A DNA stretch of 64,000 nt from Terriglobia bacterium (GTDB lineage: Bacteria; Acidobacteriota; Terriglobia; 2-12-FULL-54-10). The position numbers and the translations under genes were made by a program. The notes under the pieces were generated by a model, which saw only the letters and a program-made list of their open reading frames with translations, searched no databases and was not told where the DNA came from. Every line of letters starts with the position of its first letter. Position 1 is the first letter of the stretch. The stretch spans positions 191,076 to 255,075 of the forward strand of contig CBDCTS010000007.1 of assembly GCA_965222345.1 (NCBI GenBank), read 5' to 3'. Shown here piece after piece: positions 30,588 to 40,637 of this stretch.

Positions 30588-31348
30588 TGTGCTCCATGCA
30601 GGGAGACCAGGGAACTGGCCCTGTCGGCAGGGGCAGTCTGTGCCCTCTCCAATTGAGCCAGCTCTCCGTTGAGCAGCGCCTGACGCAGCCGGTAGTCTCC
30701 GTCCAGCAACCGGTAGGCGACCCAGCGGGCATTGGGAAAGCCGGGCACCAACGTTTCGATCAGCGGCACCAACTCCTCAACCGCGCGCTGAATGCGGGGA
30801 TGAGTCCCTGGCCGAAAAGGCTCCGTTGGGATCTCGCCCTGAATCACCCCGGCAATCGTGCGCACCAACTCTCCCAGGCCTTCTTTTGTGCGGGCCACGG
30901 TGGGGACGGCAGGAACTCCGAGGTCGCGGGACAGGCTCCTCACATCAATATCCAGGCCTTTCCGTTCTGCTTCATCCATGAGATTCACGCAGATGACAAC
31001 TCTTTCGGTGATCTCCAGCACCTGCAGCACAAGGTTCAGATTTCGCTCCAGGGCCGTAGCGTCTACTACGACGACGGTGCAGTCCGGCCGGCCGAACAGC
31101 AGGAAGTTCCGGCTGATCTCTTCGTCCTGGGAAGTGGAGAGCAGAGAGTAGGTGCCGGGCAGGTCCACCAGCTTGTAACGCACCCCGTCGTAAACGAAGC
31201 CGCCTTCGGCCCGCGTCACAGTCTTGCCGGGCCAGTTGCCGACGTGCTGTCGCAGGCCGGTCAGCGCGTTGAACACGGATGACTTGCCTGTATTCGGATT
31301 GCCCGCCAAGGCTACCAGCCGGTCATGTTTCAGGAGGCTGATTCCCAT
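30584..31348 (-). CDS. feoB: ferrous iron transporter FeoB, N-terminal G-protein and GDI domain portion
   Basis: G1 GNPNTGKSSVFNALTG, G3 DLPG and the helical GDI domain; start set at MGISLL, which removes the overlap with the upstream gene. Confidence 0.8.
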   Translation of the reverse strand: MGISLLKHDRLVALAGNPNTGKSSVFNALTGLRQHVGNWPGKTVTRAEGGFVYDGVRYKLVDLPGTYSLLSTSQDEEISRNFLLFGRPDCTVVVVDATALERNLNLVLQVLEITERVVICVNLMDEAERKGLDIDVRSLSRDLGVPAVPTVARTKEGLGELVRTIAGVIQGEIPTEPFRPGTHPRIQRAVEELVPLIETLVPGFPNARWVAYRLLDGDYRLRQALLNGELAQLERAQTAPADRASSLVSLHGAQ

Positions 31349-31410
31349 CTGGGCGAGCTGCGCGTTGGCGGGACATGCTTCGCAACTGCTGGCGGAAAAT
31401 GCCGGCGTCT

Positions 31411-32451
31411 TCATGCTGTCAACACTCCCGACTGCGAATCGTCCTGCGAGGGCCTCGAACCGGGCCGTACCCAAACGTGGGCAGCCTGATCCTTCCGCAA
31501 GGCGATCAAAGTTCCCCGAACGCGAAAGGCGCGCGGATCTCCAAACGGATTGGTCAGCTCAGGCTGTACCCACGCTTGCGGTGTCAGGCCGAGGTCCAGC
31601 AGCCGGCGGCGACCGTGTCCCCGGTACTGCGCGTCGATAACCACCACTTCAGCCTCCTCCCCTTCTCCTAAATCCACCAGCCGGACCAGGTTAGCCGGAC
31701 GCTCCGGCACTTTCGGCGCAGCAGTGACCTGGATGTTGGCGGCCAGAACCGGCGCCAGGCGGTGCTCCTGCTCGCCGTCACTGAGGATCAGCCCTTGCGG
31801 TCCACTCTCCAGGACGCGGATGATGCTGCCGGGGCGCAACCCCGTGGTCAGGATTTGCTTCAGGATCACCGCCGGCTCGTCCTCCACGTGGACGATCTGA
31901 GCCGTCTCGCCCGGCTGCCAATCGGTCAACGGCACACCTTCCATCGACGCCACCGAGGCGTCGGCGCCGGGGATTGGGTCGCCATGTGGGTCGAGCGCCG
32001 GGTGGCCCAACTGCGCTTCCAGGGCGTCCAGCCGTTCCGGAGTCAAGTGATGCTCGGCGCGCTCCGCGGCTCCGTGGAGCTGTTCCATGGGAACACCGGC
32101 TTCGTCAGCCAGATACCGCTCCCAAAGCCGGTGGGCTCGGACGACCTGCAATGCCCATCGTTCTCCTTCCGGGCTCAGATGCAGCCCGCCGCCAGCGGAA
32201 TGCAACACGCCGCGAGTTTCCATGTGCACAATCAGCTTTACCATACGTTTCTGCGACAAACCCAGGGCGCCGGCCAGCGATTCCAGGGTGCCGCACTGCC
32301 CGCGATGCTCAAAAGCCAGCAAATGCTTCAGGGCGTCCTCAAACAGCGCTCTCTCGCGAAGCTTCCGCCAGTTGCGAAATTTGGTCACGGCTTTCAGCCA
32401 CCAGCCCAAAACAACCACAACAAGAAGCCCTAACAAAATCCAAAGTGACAT
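31411..32451 (-). CDS. membrane-anchored DtxR-family metalloregulator fused to two FeoA (SH3-like) domains
   Basis: N-terminal TM helix (SLWILLGLLVVVVLGWWL). DtxR-type wHTH and dimerization region (VRAHRLWERYLADEAG...ERAEHHL...HGDPIP). Two FeoA-like segments (LTDWQPGETAQIVHV...IIRVLES and LVDLGEGEEAEVVVIDA...RVRGTLIALR). Confidence 0.65.
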   Translation of the reverse strand: MSLWILLGLLVVVVLGWWLKAVTKFRNWRKLRERALFEDALKHLLAFEHRGQCGTLESLAGALGLSQKRMVKLIVHMETRGVLHSAGGGLHLSPEGERWALQVVRAHRLWERYLADEAGVPMEQLHGAAERAEHHLTPERLDALEAQLGHPALDPHGDPIPGADASVASMEGVPLTDWQPGETAQIVHVEDEPAVILKQILTTGLRPGSIIRVLESGPQGLILSDGEQEHRLAPVLAANIQVTAAPKVPERPANLVRLVDLGEGEEAEVVVIDAQYRGHGRRRLLDLGLTPQAWVQPELTNPFGDPRAFRVRGTLIALRKDQAAHVWVRPGSRPSQDDSQSGVLTA

Positions 32452-32547
32452 ATCATCCCCGTAACACAGGTCCCTTATTTGGAATCACTGATTTGCGCAC
32501 CGGTTCACGCTGGTAAAAATATTTAATCTGCGTTAACATTACATTTT

Positions 32548-32565
32548 AATCTAACTATAGATTAC
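32548..32565. promoter_or_regulatory. palindromic iron-box-like operator (TAATCTA-ACTA-TAGATTA) in the divergent dtxR / feoA-fusion promoter region
   Basis: Perfect 7-bp inverted repeat arms with 4-bp spacer, resembling the DtxR/IdeR 19-bp iron-box consensus TTAGGTTAGSCTAACCTAA. Sits between two divergent DtxR-family genes and is flanked by 'ttacatttt' direct repeats. Confidence 0.4.
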
Positions 32566-32582
32566 ATTTTCTGTCAAGGCGG

Positions 32583-33248
32583 GTGAAGATGGCGACGATA
32601 GCGTCGGAGAACCTGTTAAAAGCAATTCTGGAGCTGAATGAGAACGGGGAAGAGGTGATCGCGGCGCGCCTGGCCGAGTTTCTCCAGATATCCTCAGCCG
32701 CGGTCAGCATGGCCTTGAAGCGATTACAGAAAAAAGGGCATGTGCGCGTTTCTCCCAAGCGCTCGATTCATCTGACCCCGGAAGGCTTTCGGAGCGCCTG
32801 CGACTTGGTGCGACGGCACCGGCTTGTGGAGCGATTGCTGACAGACATCCTCAAGATGCCTTGGGAGGGAGTCCACCAGGAGGCGGAAAAGTTGGAACAC
32901 GCCATCTCACCGGAGTTGGAAAAGCGGCTGCTGGAGATATTCGGCAAGAACGGAACATGCCCTCACGGGAGTCCTTTCACTCCTGCGCTGCATCCCAAGC
33001 GGAGACTGCGAGGCTTTCCCTTGGCCGAAGCCTCGGAAAACACCCGACTGCGGGTAGTCCGCATCGCCGAGCTTTATGAAAAGGAAACGGAATTCTTGAA
33101 CTCTCTGGCGGCAATGCGGCTGCTGCCCGGCTGCCAGCTCACACTTCTGCGCAAGACCTTCGACGGAGTCTTGGAATTGCGCGTCGGAGATCGCAAGACG
33201 GCTTTCTCGAACGAATCCGGCTCCCGCATCTGGGTAGAGAACGCCTAA
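32583..33248 (+). CDS. iron-dependent repressor, DtxR/IdeR family (cytoplasmic, with C-terminal SH3/FeoA-like domain)
   Basis: The wHTH region, the metal-site motif CPHGSP and a C-terminal SH3-like domain; 221 aa. Confidence 0.8.
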   Translation: MKMATIASENLLKAILELNENGEEVIAARLAEFLQISSAAVSMALKRLQKKGHVRVSPKRSIHLTPEGFRSACDLVRRHRLVERLLTDILKMPWEGVHQEAEKLEHAISPELEKRLLEIFGKNGTCPHGSPFTPALHPKRRLRGFPLAEASENTRLRVVRIAELYEKETEFLNSLAAMRLLPGCQLTLLRKTFDGVLELRVGDRKTAFSNESGSRIWVENA

Positions 33249-33276
33249 GGACCCTGCCGGGAAGCCTCGCTGCCTT

Positions 33277-34728
33277 CTACAAATAGGGGGACAGCAGAAT
33301 GTGAATCATCGCGACCAAGATTGAGAATACGATCGTAGCGGTTGCGCCGACCCGAATCATATTCTTCATGTCAATTTCCCCGGTGGCGAAGGCCGTTCCC
33401 GCTGCCGCGCCCGCCCAGGGCAGCATGATTCCCAAAGCCACGTTGGGAATCAGCATGGCCATCGAGGCCGGGTTGAAACCGATTTCCTGAGCTGCCGGGA
33501 TCAAGATGCTCGCGAACAACGCGGTGGCAGCCGTTCCGGAGAGGAAGTTGGTGCTGAGCGCCACCAGCGGAGCGGAGACAAACGGCAACGAATAACGTCC
33601 CAGGCCCATCTCAGCCACCATACCCTTCGCCAACTCATCCAAGCCGAACTGGCGGAGAGCGGCGATCATGGCTACCGCGGCGGTGCACAGGATCATGATG
33701 CCCCAGGGGGAGTGCTCCACTGCCTCACGCCAACTCAGAACAAACTCACCCTTTTTCCAATTCACTGGTGTGGAGAACAAGAGCAGCATGACGGCAGGCG
33801 GCACCACCCAGATGGAGAGGGCCGTTCTAGCCCACACCGCAACCTGGTGTTCCGGACCCATCGTCAGATTGATGAGAGTCGGCAGGACGAACAGGAAGAC
33901 CATGGCCAGGAATACAAAAAGGGTGCTGCGTTCGCCTGGGGTGAGAGGACCCAGCTTCTCTTGTTCCCTTCGGATAAAATCCTCCCCGCCGGGAACACGA
34001 GAAATCTCCGGCTTCAGAAACAGGCGCAGGACAAAATAAAACGCGAGCAGGGTTGCCAGAAAAATCGGTATCCCGGCGCTCATCCAGTTGAAAAAGCTGA
34101 ACTGGCGTCCGGTTATTGTTTGCAGCAAGTCAACGCTCAGGGCATTGTGCGGAATCCCCATTATGGTGGCTGTACCACCGGCCGTGGCGCCGTACAGAGC
34201 CCCCAGCGCCAGGAAGGCTCCAAAATTACTCTTCACCGATTTGCTGGTTCCCGTAATGGTCCGAACGAATGAAGCCAGAGAGATTCCTACCGGAATCATC
34301 ATGGCCACCGTAGCAGCATCGGAAACCCACATGGAAAGGCACCCCGTCACCAGCATGAAGCCGAATGCCAGGCGATAGGTGCTGCCGCTCACCACGCGCA
34401 GGGACAAAAACCAAAGGGCAAATCGCTTGGCCAGCCCGTGGCGGTGCATGGCATAGCCCATCAGAACCGTTCCCATGATCCAGAAAAAAATGTTCTGCCC
34501 ATATAGGCTGACGGTGCTGCCAATGTTCATGAGACCAAAGCCCGGAAACAACAGCAACGGCAGAAGAGAAGTAATGGCCCAGGGGATCGGCTGGGTCATC
34601 CACCACATGACCACCCAGCCGAAAATTGCCAGCGCCACGCGGCCTTCCGGAGACGAGGCTTCATAGGGAAGGAAATACAGAACGAGGAAAGTAAGAGGTC
34701 CAGCGGCGAACTGCAGCAACAGCTTCAT
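33277..34728 (-). CDS. DASS/SLC13-family (ArsB/NhaD superfamily) anion permease
   Basis: 483-aa polytopic membrane protein; internal repeat with the motifs TQPIPWAITSLLP and a second-half hairpin typical of Na+/dicarboxylate-sulfate symporters. Confidence 0.6.
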   Translation of the reverse strand: MKLLLQFAAGPLTFLVLYFLPYEASSPEGRVALAIFGWVVMWWMTQPIPWAITSLLPLLLFPGFGLMNIGSTVSLYGQNIFFWIMGTVLMGYAMHRHGLAKRFALWFLSLRVVSGSTYRLAFGFMLVTGCLSMWVSDAATVAMMIPVGISLASFVRTITGTSKSVKSNFGAFLALGALYGATAGGTATIMGIPHNALSVDLLQTITGRQFSFFNWMSAGIPIFLATLLAFYFVLRLFLKPEISRVPGGEDFIRREQEKLGPLTPGERSTLFVFLAMVFLFVLPTLINLTMGPEHQVAVWARTALSIWVVPPAVMLLLFSTPVNWKKGEFVLSWREAVEHSPWGIMILCTAAVAMIAALRQFGLDELAKGMVAEMGLGRYSLPFVSAPLVALSTNFLSGTAATALFASILIPAAQEIGFNPASMAMLIPNVALGIMLPWAGAAAGTAFATGEIDMKNMIRVGATATIVFSILVAMIHILLSPYL

Positions 34729-35074
34729 AAAACGCTCCCCTCAGGCCTGACGCCGATTGTCGGCCAGCGGCATCCGCCAAGGTAGATGTATAAACGAGAT
34801 GGCGCATTATAGACCGAAAATCGCGGAGAGGAAATGCCTATGTGCGGCGCATTGATTCGGAGAGGAACCTCAGCCTCGGTGCAGAGACACCCCTGCTGGA
34901 AGGCATATGCTTCGACAACAAGCTGTTTTGCGGGGTGGTATGGCGCAGCCGCAAAAGCAGGGACAGGCCTCCAAGGCTACCTTACCTTCGGGCTTTGCAG
35001 CAACAAGGATTGTTGGAAGTGAGCGAAGATGGGCAGCCACAATGGCTGCCCATCTTCGCAAAGGATTGTATTTC

Positions 35075-38000
35075 TTAGAAGGTCAGCTTCAGGCCGAGCT
35101 GAATCTCGCGGGAGCTGTTGTTAAGGGTCTGGGTAATGGTGCCTGCCCGTCTGTCGACTCCCCTTCTGTTTCTAAAGACGCGGGCCGCCGGATTGCGGAG
35201 TTGAGCACGGTTGAACAGATTGAAGAACTCACTGCGGAACTGGAGGCGAGTGCGCTCTCCTAACTGGAAGCTCTTGCTGAGCGTGAAGTTGATATTTCGC
35301 AGGTCCGGCCCAAGCAGCAGGTTCCGCCCCGCTGTACCGATTCTACCCGGCTCAGGCGCGGTGAAGGCGCAGGGATCAAAATATTTGACGTTCGCCCCCG
35401 TATCGAAAGCATCAATAAGCGCTTGCCGATCTCCCACTGATCCAGCCACCACTCCCTGGCAGCCGGCAGTGCTGCCGCTGGTCAACTTATTCACGTCCAC
35501 TCCGGGATTCAGGTTGGGCCGGTTCGCACGGAACAGATAGCCCCTGTCACTGATGCGCGAACCGACGGAGAAGGGAAGACCTTGCTGGAGGGTCACAATG
35601 CCGCCGATCTGCCAACCACCCAAGATAGCGTCGGCAATGCCTCCGGTATTCATGTATGGCTTGCCCGAACCAAACGGCAGTTGGTAGATTCCATTGAACA
35701 CCAAGACGTGGGGTACGTTGTAGACGGAACGGGCCCGCTCCAGGGTGCGGTCCTGACCGTATGATCCCCTCGCCCCGGTCTCACCCGTAAAGTTGGTCTC
35801 CGACTGGGAATAGTCGTCGATGGATTTCGAAAAAGTGTAGCTCGCCTGGAAGGTCAGGCCGCGGCTAAACCGTTTCTGCAGGTTCACCGCCAAAGAGCTG
35901 TAGATCGAATTCACGTCGCTGGACATCCACTCGAGATTGTTGAAATGGGGATTGGGCCGCTGTGGGGCCTCCGAAGCAGGCGGGAAAAACAGCGCACCGT
36001 CCCGTTCTACAGGAATCGAGTGGCCATTATATAACGAGCGCCGGGCCATGTGGCGGCCAATTGCGCCCACATAGCCGATCCGCAGAGCCATTTCCCCCGG
36101 CAACTGCCGCTGCAAAGTCAGGTTGTACCGGTAGAACGTCGGCGTCTTGAAGTTTTCGAAATCAAAATGCCGGGTATTCCGAAATTTTACATTAGCATCC
36201 CGAATCGCCGCCTCAATGTCCGGGAAGTTCCCGGAGACATTGATATTGGGAGCAGTTGCCCGGAAATTGAAGGGGAGCTGGGACCGGAAAGAGACAAAGC
36301 TGTTGTGCAGGATCTGGTTGTGGAAGATTCCGAAGCCCCCACTCAGGGCGGTCATCTGATCCTGGCCGAGCGCCCAGTTGAATCCCAACCGGGGCTCGAA
36401 GTTTTTGATGTGATTTTGCCACAACTGACCTGGGATCAAATCGTCGAGTGTGGCCGTGTACACGTCAGCGCCCAAGTAGGTAACCTTATTGTTGACTTCA
36501 GTCATTCCCGTGGTGAACTCCCAGCGGAAGCCCAGGTTCAACGTCAGGCTGGGGCTCACTCGGTAGTCGTCCTGGGCAAAGAACGCCAACAAGACGGTCC
36601 GGACACCGCGGTTGGTGCTGGATTCAGGCAACCGATAAGTAGCGTTGGTACCCGAGGGTCCAGCCAGCAAAAAGGCCCGCAGATCGTCGAAGTCGTAGTC
36701 GCCTTGCCAGAACGCCGGGTTGTCGGTGTTCCATTGGAAGCGCTGCGCCATGGCCCCGAACTTTATGGTATGGGGACCGCTCGTGTAGGACAGGTTATTC
36801 TCAAACTGAAAGGAATTCTGGACGTCATCGACTATGCCGATTCCGTTCGGGCCCAAGTGGTCTAGGTTACCCGCGCTGAGCGTGCCCAGCGGAACGCCCG
36901 GCGCAAAGCCCAGCGATTCGGAGGCTCCCTCCACTTGCGTGGGTTGGACATCACCGATCGATCGGCTAAACCCCACCCGGAAGGTATTCAGCAGATTGGG
37001 GCCGAAGATGTGGTCTTCCTGAATCGTCAGAATTTGCTTGGAAGTAAACGAGGCTGAGCTGGAGAGCAACCGGGCGACCCGGGTGGCGTTTGCCCGGCTG
37101 ATGGTATAGCGGCCGAACAGGAAGTCGTTCTCAGAGATATGGTGGTCAATTCTCCCCGACAGGAAGTTTTCCGAGGTGGGCTGGCTTCGGTCCTCAATGA
37201 ACTGTCCAGTGCCATCGCCATTGTCAACTCCGTTCGGGAGCGGATAGAGATTGATGTAAGGAGGAATCCGCGGGTCCACTTCCTCGCCGGGACCCAAAAC
37301 TCCGATTCCTTGGCGTCCCTCCGCCGTGGGCACTCTCCACACGTTGGTATCGTTCAGGCGCTGCCGCAATCCCTCGTATCCCACGAAGAAGAAGGTCTGG
37401 TCTCGCCGGATGGGCCCACCGATGGTGGCCCCGAATTGGTTCCGTTTGAAGGGCGGCACCACATCATCCACGTCCTCTAACTGCGGCGCGTCCATCTTGT
37501 TGTTGCGAACGAACTCGAAGGCCGAGCCGTGCCACTCATTGGTTCCCGAGCGGCTGACGGCGTTGACGACGGCGCCGGCGTTGCGGCCGTACTCCGCTTT
37601 GCCGTTGGTGGTGACCACCTGAAATTCACGGATGGTGTCCACGCCCAACTGCACCCCGGCCGCGCTGCCTGGATTCTGGTTTCGAGTGTCCATCAGGTCG
37701 GTGCCGTCAAGCCGGAAACTGTTGGCATCCGTGCGGGCGCCGGCCACCGACAACTGCGGGGCGAAACCATAGTTGGCGCCCCTGCCCTGGCCAATGTGGG
37801 GCGTAACCGCTCCCGGGTTTAAGGTGACCAGGTCCGCAAAGCTGCGTCCGTTGAGCGGCAATTCCCGCAACTGCTCCTGGCTTACGTTCGTCGCGACCGA
37901 GGAGATGGTGGTCTCCACCACCGGGGCCTCGCCCGTCACCACCACTTCTTGCTCTACCGCACCGACCTGGAGGGTGAAATTCAGTGTCAGCTCCCGGCCA

Positions 38001-38299
38001 AACTCCAGGACGATTTCCTGGCGTACCTCGCGGTTAAAGCCGGCCATCGAAACCGTAATCTGATAGGTTCCCGGTTGCAGTTCCCCGACCCGGTAAAGCC
38101 CCGACGGACCGCTCTCTCTGGCGCGGGTAATTCCGGTTTCGACATTGGTGACAGTCACCTCGGCCCCCGCAATGACTGCTTCGGTGGCGTCCTGCACCAC
38201 GCCGACTATGGCGCTGCTGGAGATCTGGCCAAAGGTTGCCCTCGGCACGCCCAAACAGACCAACAATCCAACGATCAATACCCACTGAATCCTTTTCAT
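35075..38299 (-). CDS. TonB-dependent outer-membrane receptor with N-terminal carboxypeptidase-regulatory-like domain
   Basis: Signal peptide; CarboxypepD_reg-like beta-sandwich (VVGVVQDATEAVIAGAEVTVTNVETGITR...YQITVSMAGF); plug and 22-strand barrel regions; C-terminal aromatic residue (..LGLKLTF). 1074 aa. Confidence 0.85.
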   Translation of the reverse strand: MKRIQWVLIVGLLVCLGVPRATFGQISSSAIVGVVQDATEAVIAGAEVTVTNVETGITRARESGPSGLYRVGELQPGTYQITVSMAGFNREVRQEIVLEFGRELTLNFTLQVGAVEQEVVVTGEAPVVETTISSVATNVSQEQLRELPLNGRSFADLVTLNPGAVTPHIGQGRGANYGFAPQLSVAGARTDANSFRLDGTDLMDTRNQNPGSAAGVQLGVDTIREFQVVTTNGKAEYGRNAGAVVNAVSRSGTNEWHGSAFEFVRNNKMDAPQLEDVDDVVPPFKRNQFGATIGGPIRRDQTFFFVGYEGLRQRLNDTNVWRVPTAEGRQGIGVLGPGEEVDPRIPPYINLYPLPNGVDNGDGTGQFIEDRSQPTSENFLSGRIDHHISENDFLFGRYTISRANATRVARLLSSSASFTSKQILTIQEDHIFGPNLLNTFRVGFSRSIGDVQPTQVEGASESLGFAPGVPLGTLSAGNLDHLGPNGIGIVDDVQNSFQFENNLSYTSGPHTIKFGAMAQRFQWNTDNPAFWQGDYDFDDLRAFLLAGPSGTNATYRLPESSTNRGVRTVLLAFFAQDDYRVSPSLTLNLGFRWEFTTGMTEVNNKVTYLGADVYTATLDDLIPGQLWQNHIKNFEPRLGFNWALGQDQMTALSGGFGIFHNQILHNSFVSFRSQLPFNFRATAPNINVSGNFPDIEAAIRDANVKFRNTRHFDFENFKTPTFYRYNLTLQRQLPGEMALRIGYVGAIGRHMARRSLYNGHSIPVERDGALFFPPASEAPQRPNPHFNNLEWMSSDVNSIYSSLAVNLQKRFSRGLTFQASYTFSKSIDDYSQSETNFTGETGARGSYGQDRTLERARSVYNVPHVLVFNGIYQLPFGSGKPYMNTGGIADAILGGWQIGGIVTLQQGLPFSVGSRISDRGYLFRANRPNLNPGVDVNKLTSGSTAGCQGVVAGSVGDRQALIDAFDTGANVKYFDPCAFTAPEPGRIGTAGRNLLLGPDLRNINFTLSKSFQLGERTRLQFRSEFFNLFNRAQLRNPAARVFRNRRGVDRRAGTITQTLNNSSREIQLGLKLTF

Positions 38300-38537
38300 G
38301 GTTTTCTCCTCAAAATAGACGATCCAACCCTCTTACAGAGCACCCCCGCCTGGAGGCCGCCGTTTAAAGCAGATCGGACTGAAAACAAATAGACTAGACA
38401 CACAATACAATTGCTAAAGCTACAATTCAAAAACCCTTATTGTCAAGGCCTTTTTAGGCTTTGGGCCACAAAAAAGGGTTACATCTTCTCATTCCGGCAT
38501 CCTGCGGGGAACGCCAAGCAAAGCCGCCAGCGGCATC

Positions 38538-40439
38538 CTACTCGGCCCTCGCCGTCGCGTACCGGGATTCGTTGCTAAATTCCAGCTGTGGCCCGATGGG
38601 GTCCCGGCCCAGCTCTTGGGCAAACTCGTTTCGCAATACCTCAATCTTTCCGCCCACCACCGTCAGGACGGGAAAGAGATTGGGAATCTCTTCTTCGGGA
38701 ACTGTGAAGTAATCCTGGTTCAATACCACCAGATCGGCCAGTTTGCCCGCTTCGAGAGTTCCTAATTCGTTCTCCCGCATGACAAACTCGGCCGGCCAGG
38801 ACGTCATCATCTTCATCAGCGTCATGCGGTCAATCGCCTCTTCCGGCGCCACCATCGCCCCGTACTCGTTCCTGCGGGTGATCAGGGCGTAACCCTGGCT
38901 GAAGTAGGTTTCGCCCACGTTTCCGCTTATCCCGGCTTCGTTTTCGTAGACCGTTCTCACTCCGCCATCGATCAAACTCTTGACCGGCGAAATCCAGTTG
39001 GCGTATTGCATGCCGTAGCGTTCCAGCCACGGGTAGCTTCGGCTCAGCACGTTGCCGCCGCAACTGATCATCATGCCGAGACGGGCCATGCGGGGAATCT
39101 GATCCGGACGCGGATAGAAACCGCAATGGTCGGAGCTGAACCGCCGCGAGCGGATATAGTCCAGCGTGATGGTGGGATCGAGCGTCATGGCCTCTTCCAG
39201 GGTGTCCATGAAATAATCCACCGCCTTGTCCCCATAGGCATGGCCTGCGGCCACCCGTTCCTTCGACAGGACTGCGGTCAGAACGGCTTTCCCGGTGGCC
39301 GAGCCGGGCGTGTCCCGGCAATACTCTCGCTCTTTGATCTCCGGAGGAGCTTCCATGGTGCTGCAAATCATCGGGGGCCCGGAATCCAAGTTGCCCAGCC
39401 CCACTCCGGCAGACCAGAAGTAATCGTTTCCAAGCCCTTCCATGTCACCCAGCCGCATGTAAAAAGAGGCCGGGTCGGAATTGCCCTGGAATCCAAAGTA
39501 ATGCGTGTAGGCATACCGGATGGGCATGCGGTTCTCCCGAATGAGAATCTGGTAGGCATTGAGGAATTGCAGGCCCATCATATGCGATGAGAACGTGGTA
39601 ATGCCCGCCGCCGCATTTTTCCGCAGGCCTTGTTCCACAATATCGGCCAGTTCTCTGGGCCTGATCCGAAAGTAGCCGTCCACCAGCAAACCCCTTCGAT
39701 ATTGCGTCAGTTCGCCGACTCCTGCGTCGTCGGTGGTGTCCATGACCACTTCCGGAACTTTCCCGTATATCTTTTCAATGGCCTCTTTCCCCCGCGTATT
39801 GATCATGTACGCCGGATGGGACAGAAGAAACACCGGATTGTCGGGAGCGAGCGCGTCCAAATCCTTGAGGCCCATTTGATCTTCCTGCAAAAATTTCACT
39901 CCAATCCCTGTCCCGGAGCCGGGATTTTCCGGATCATTGGTGGGCAAAGTAATAAAGGCCCACTGGTCCGGGTCCGTTCCGGTCATGCGCTCCTTCAGGA
40001 CCAGTTCAATGCCCTTTTTCAACTCCTCGTAGGACATCCCTCCGACTACAAAGCGCCTGCCCATGGTATCGAAGGCAGCCGGATTCTGGCTGACCCACCA
40101 GTTCACCTCATTGTTGTGTATGTGAGTGTGGGAGTCCACAAAGCCCGGGACCACCGTTTTGCCCTGCAAGTCGATTCTTTCGGTGTTGGGGCCGGCGTAG
40201 GAGAGGATTTTGGCGTCGTCTCCGAGAGCCTGGATTCTGCGGTTGTGGACCGCGACAGCTTGGAAGATACTTCCCGGCGAAGAACCCGTGGAAGTGTCAT
40301 CCATCGTCACGATCCTGCCGTTGTAAAGGATCAAGTCCGGATAGGAGATGATGGCCACCGGCACGGTCGCCGTCTCCTGCGCAGCCGCCCAGGAAACCAT
40401 CACACACAACACCGCACACATTCGTATCAGGTTACCCAT
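38538..40439 (-). CDS. secreted metal-dependent amidohydrolase (Amidohydro_3 family), paralogue 1
   Basis: Signal peptide (MGNLIRMCAVLCVMVSWAAAQ); metal-binding HxH (DSHTHIH); C-terminal ...VVGGKIEVLRNEFAQELGRDPIGPQLEF shared with paralogues 2 and 3. Confidence 0.8.
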   Translation of the reverse strand: MGNLIRMCAVLCVMVSWAAAQETATVPVAIISYPDLILYNGRIVTMDDTSTGSSPGSIFQAVAVHNRRIQALGDDAKILSYAGPNTERIDLQGKTVVPGFVDSHTHIHNNEVNWWVSQNPAAFDTMGRRFVVGGMSYEELKKGIELVLKERMTGTDPDQWAFITLPTNDPENPGSGTGIGVKFLQEDQMGLKDLDALAPDNPVFLLSHPAYMINTRGKEAIEKIYGKVPEVVMDTTDDAGVGELTQYRRGLLVDGYFRIRPRELADIVEQGLRKNAAAGITTFSSHMMGLQFLNAYQILIRENRMPIRYAYTHYFGFQGNSDPASFYMRLGDMEGLGNDYFWSAGVGLGNLDSGPPMICSTMEAPPEIKEREYCRDTPGSATGKAVLTAVLSKERVAAGHAYGDKAVDYFMDTLEEAMTLDPTITLDYIRSRRFSSDHCGFYPRPDQIPRMARLGMMISCGGNVLSRSYPWLERYGMQYANWISPVKSLIDGGVRTVYENEAGISGNVGETYFSQGYALITRRNEYGAMVAPEEAIDRMTLMKMMTSWPAEFVMRENELGTLEAGKLADLVVLNQDYFTVPEEEIPNLFPVLTVVGGKIEVLRNEFAQELGRDPIGPQLEFSNESRYATARAE

Positions 40440-40637
40440 AGAATCACCGCCTTCAGCAGATGGATTACAGTATCACAAACGGAGCCCAGCTTACCCAAAA
40501 GCCAATATGCGGTAGTGGGTCAGTTCCCGTCAGGCACAACTCCACCCGATTTACCAGGGCACGGGTTTAACCCGTGCCCTGAAGTTGAAACGAACTCACT
40601 ACCCAATCTGCTTATCCTGAAAAGTTGCAGCTCTCTG

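Noticed and set aside
29386-30732. 448-aa minus-strand ORF
   Set aside because: It is an alternate frame overlapping the feoB membrane portion. The composition is extremely Arg/Gly/Pro-rich; feoB is the coding frame.
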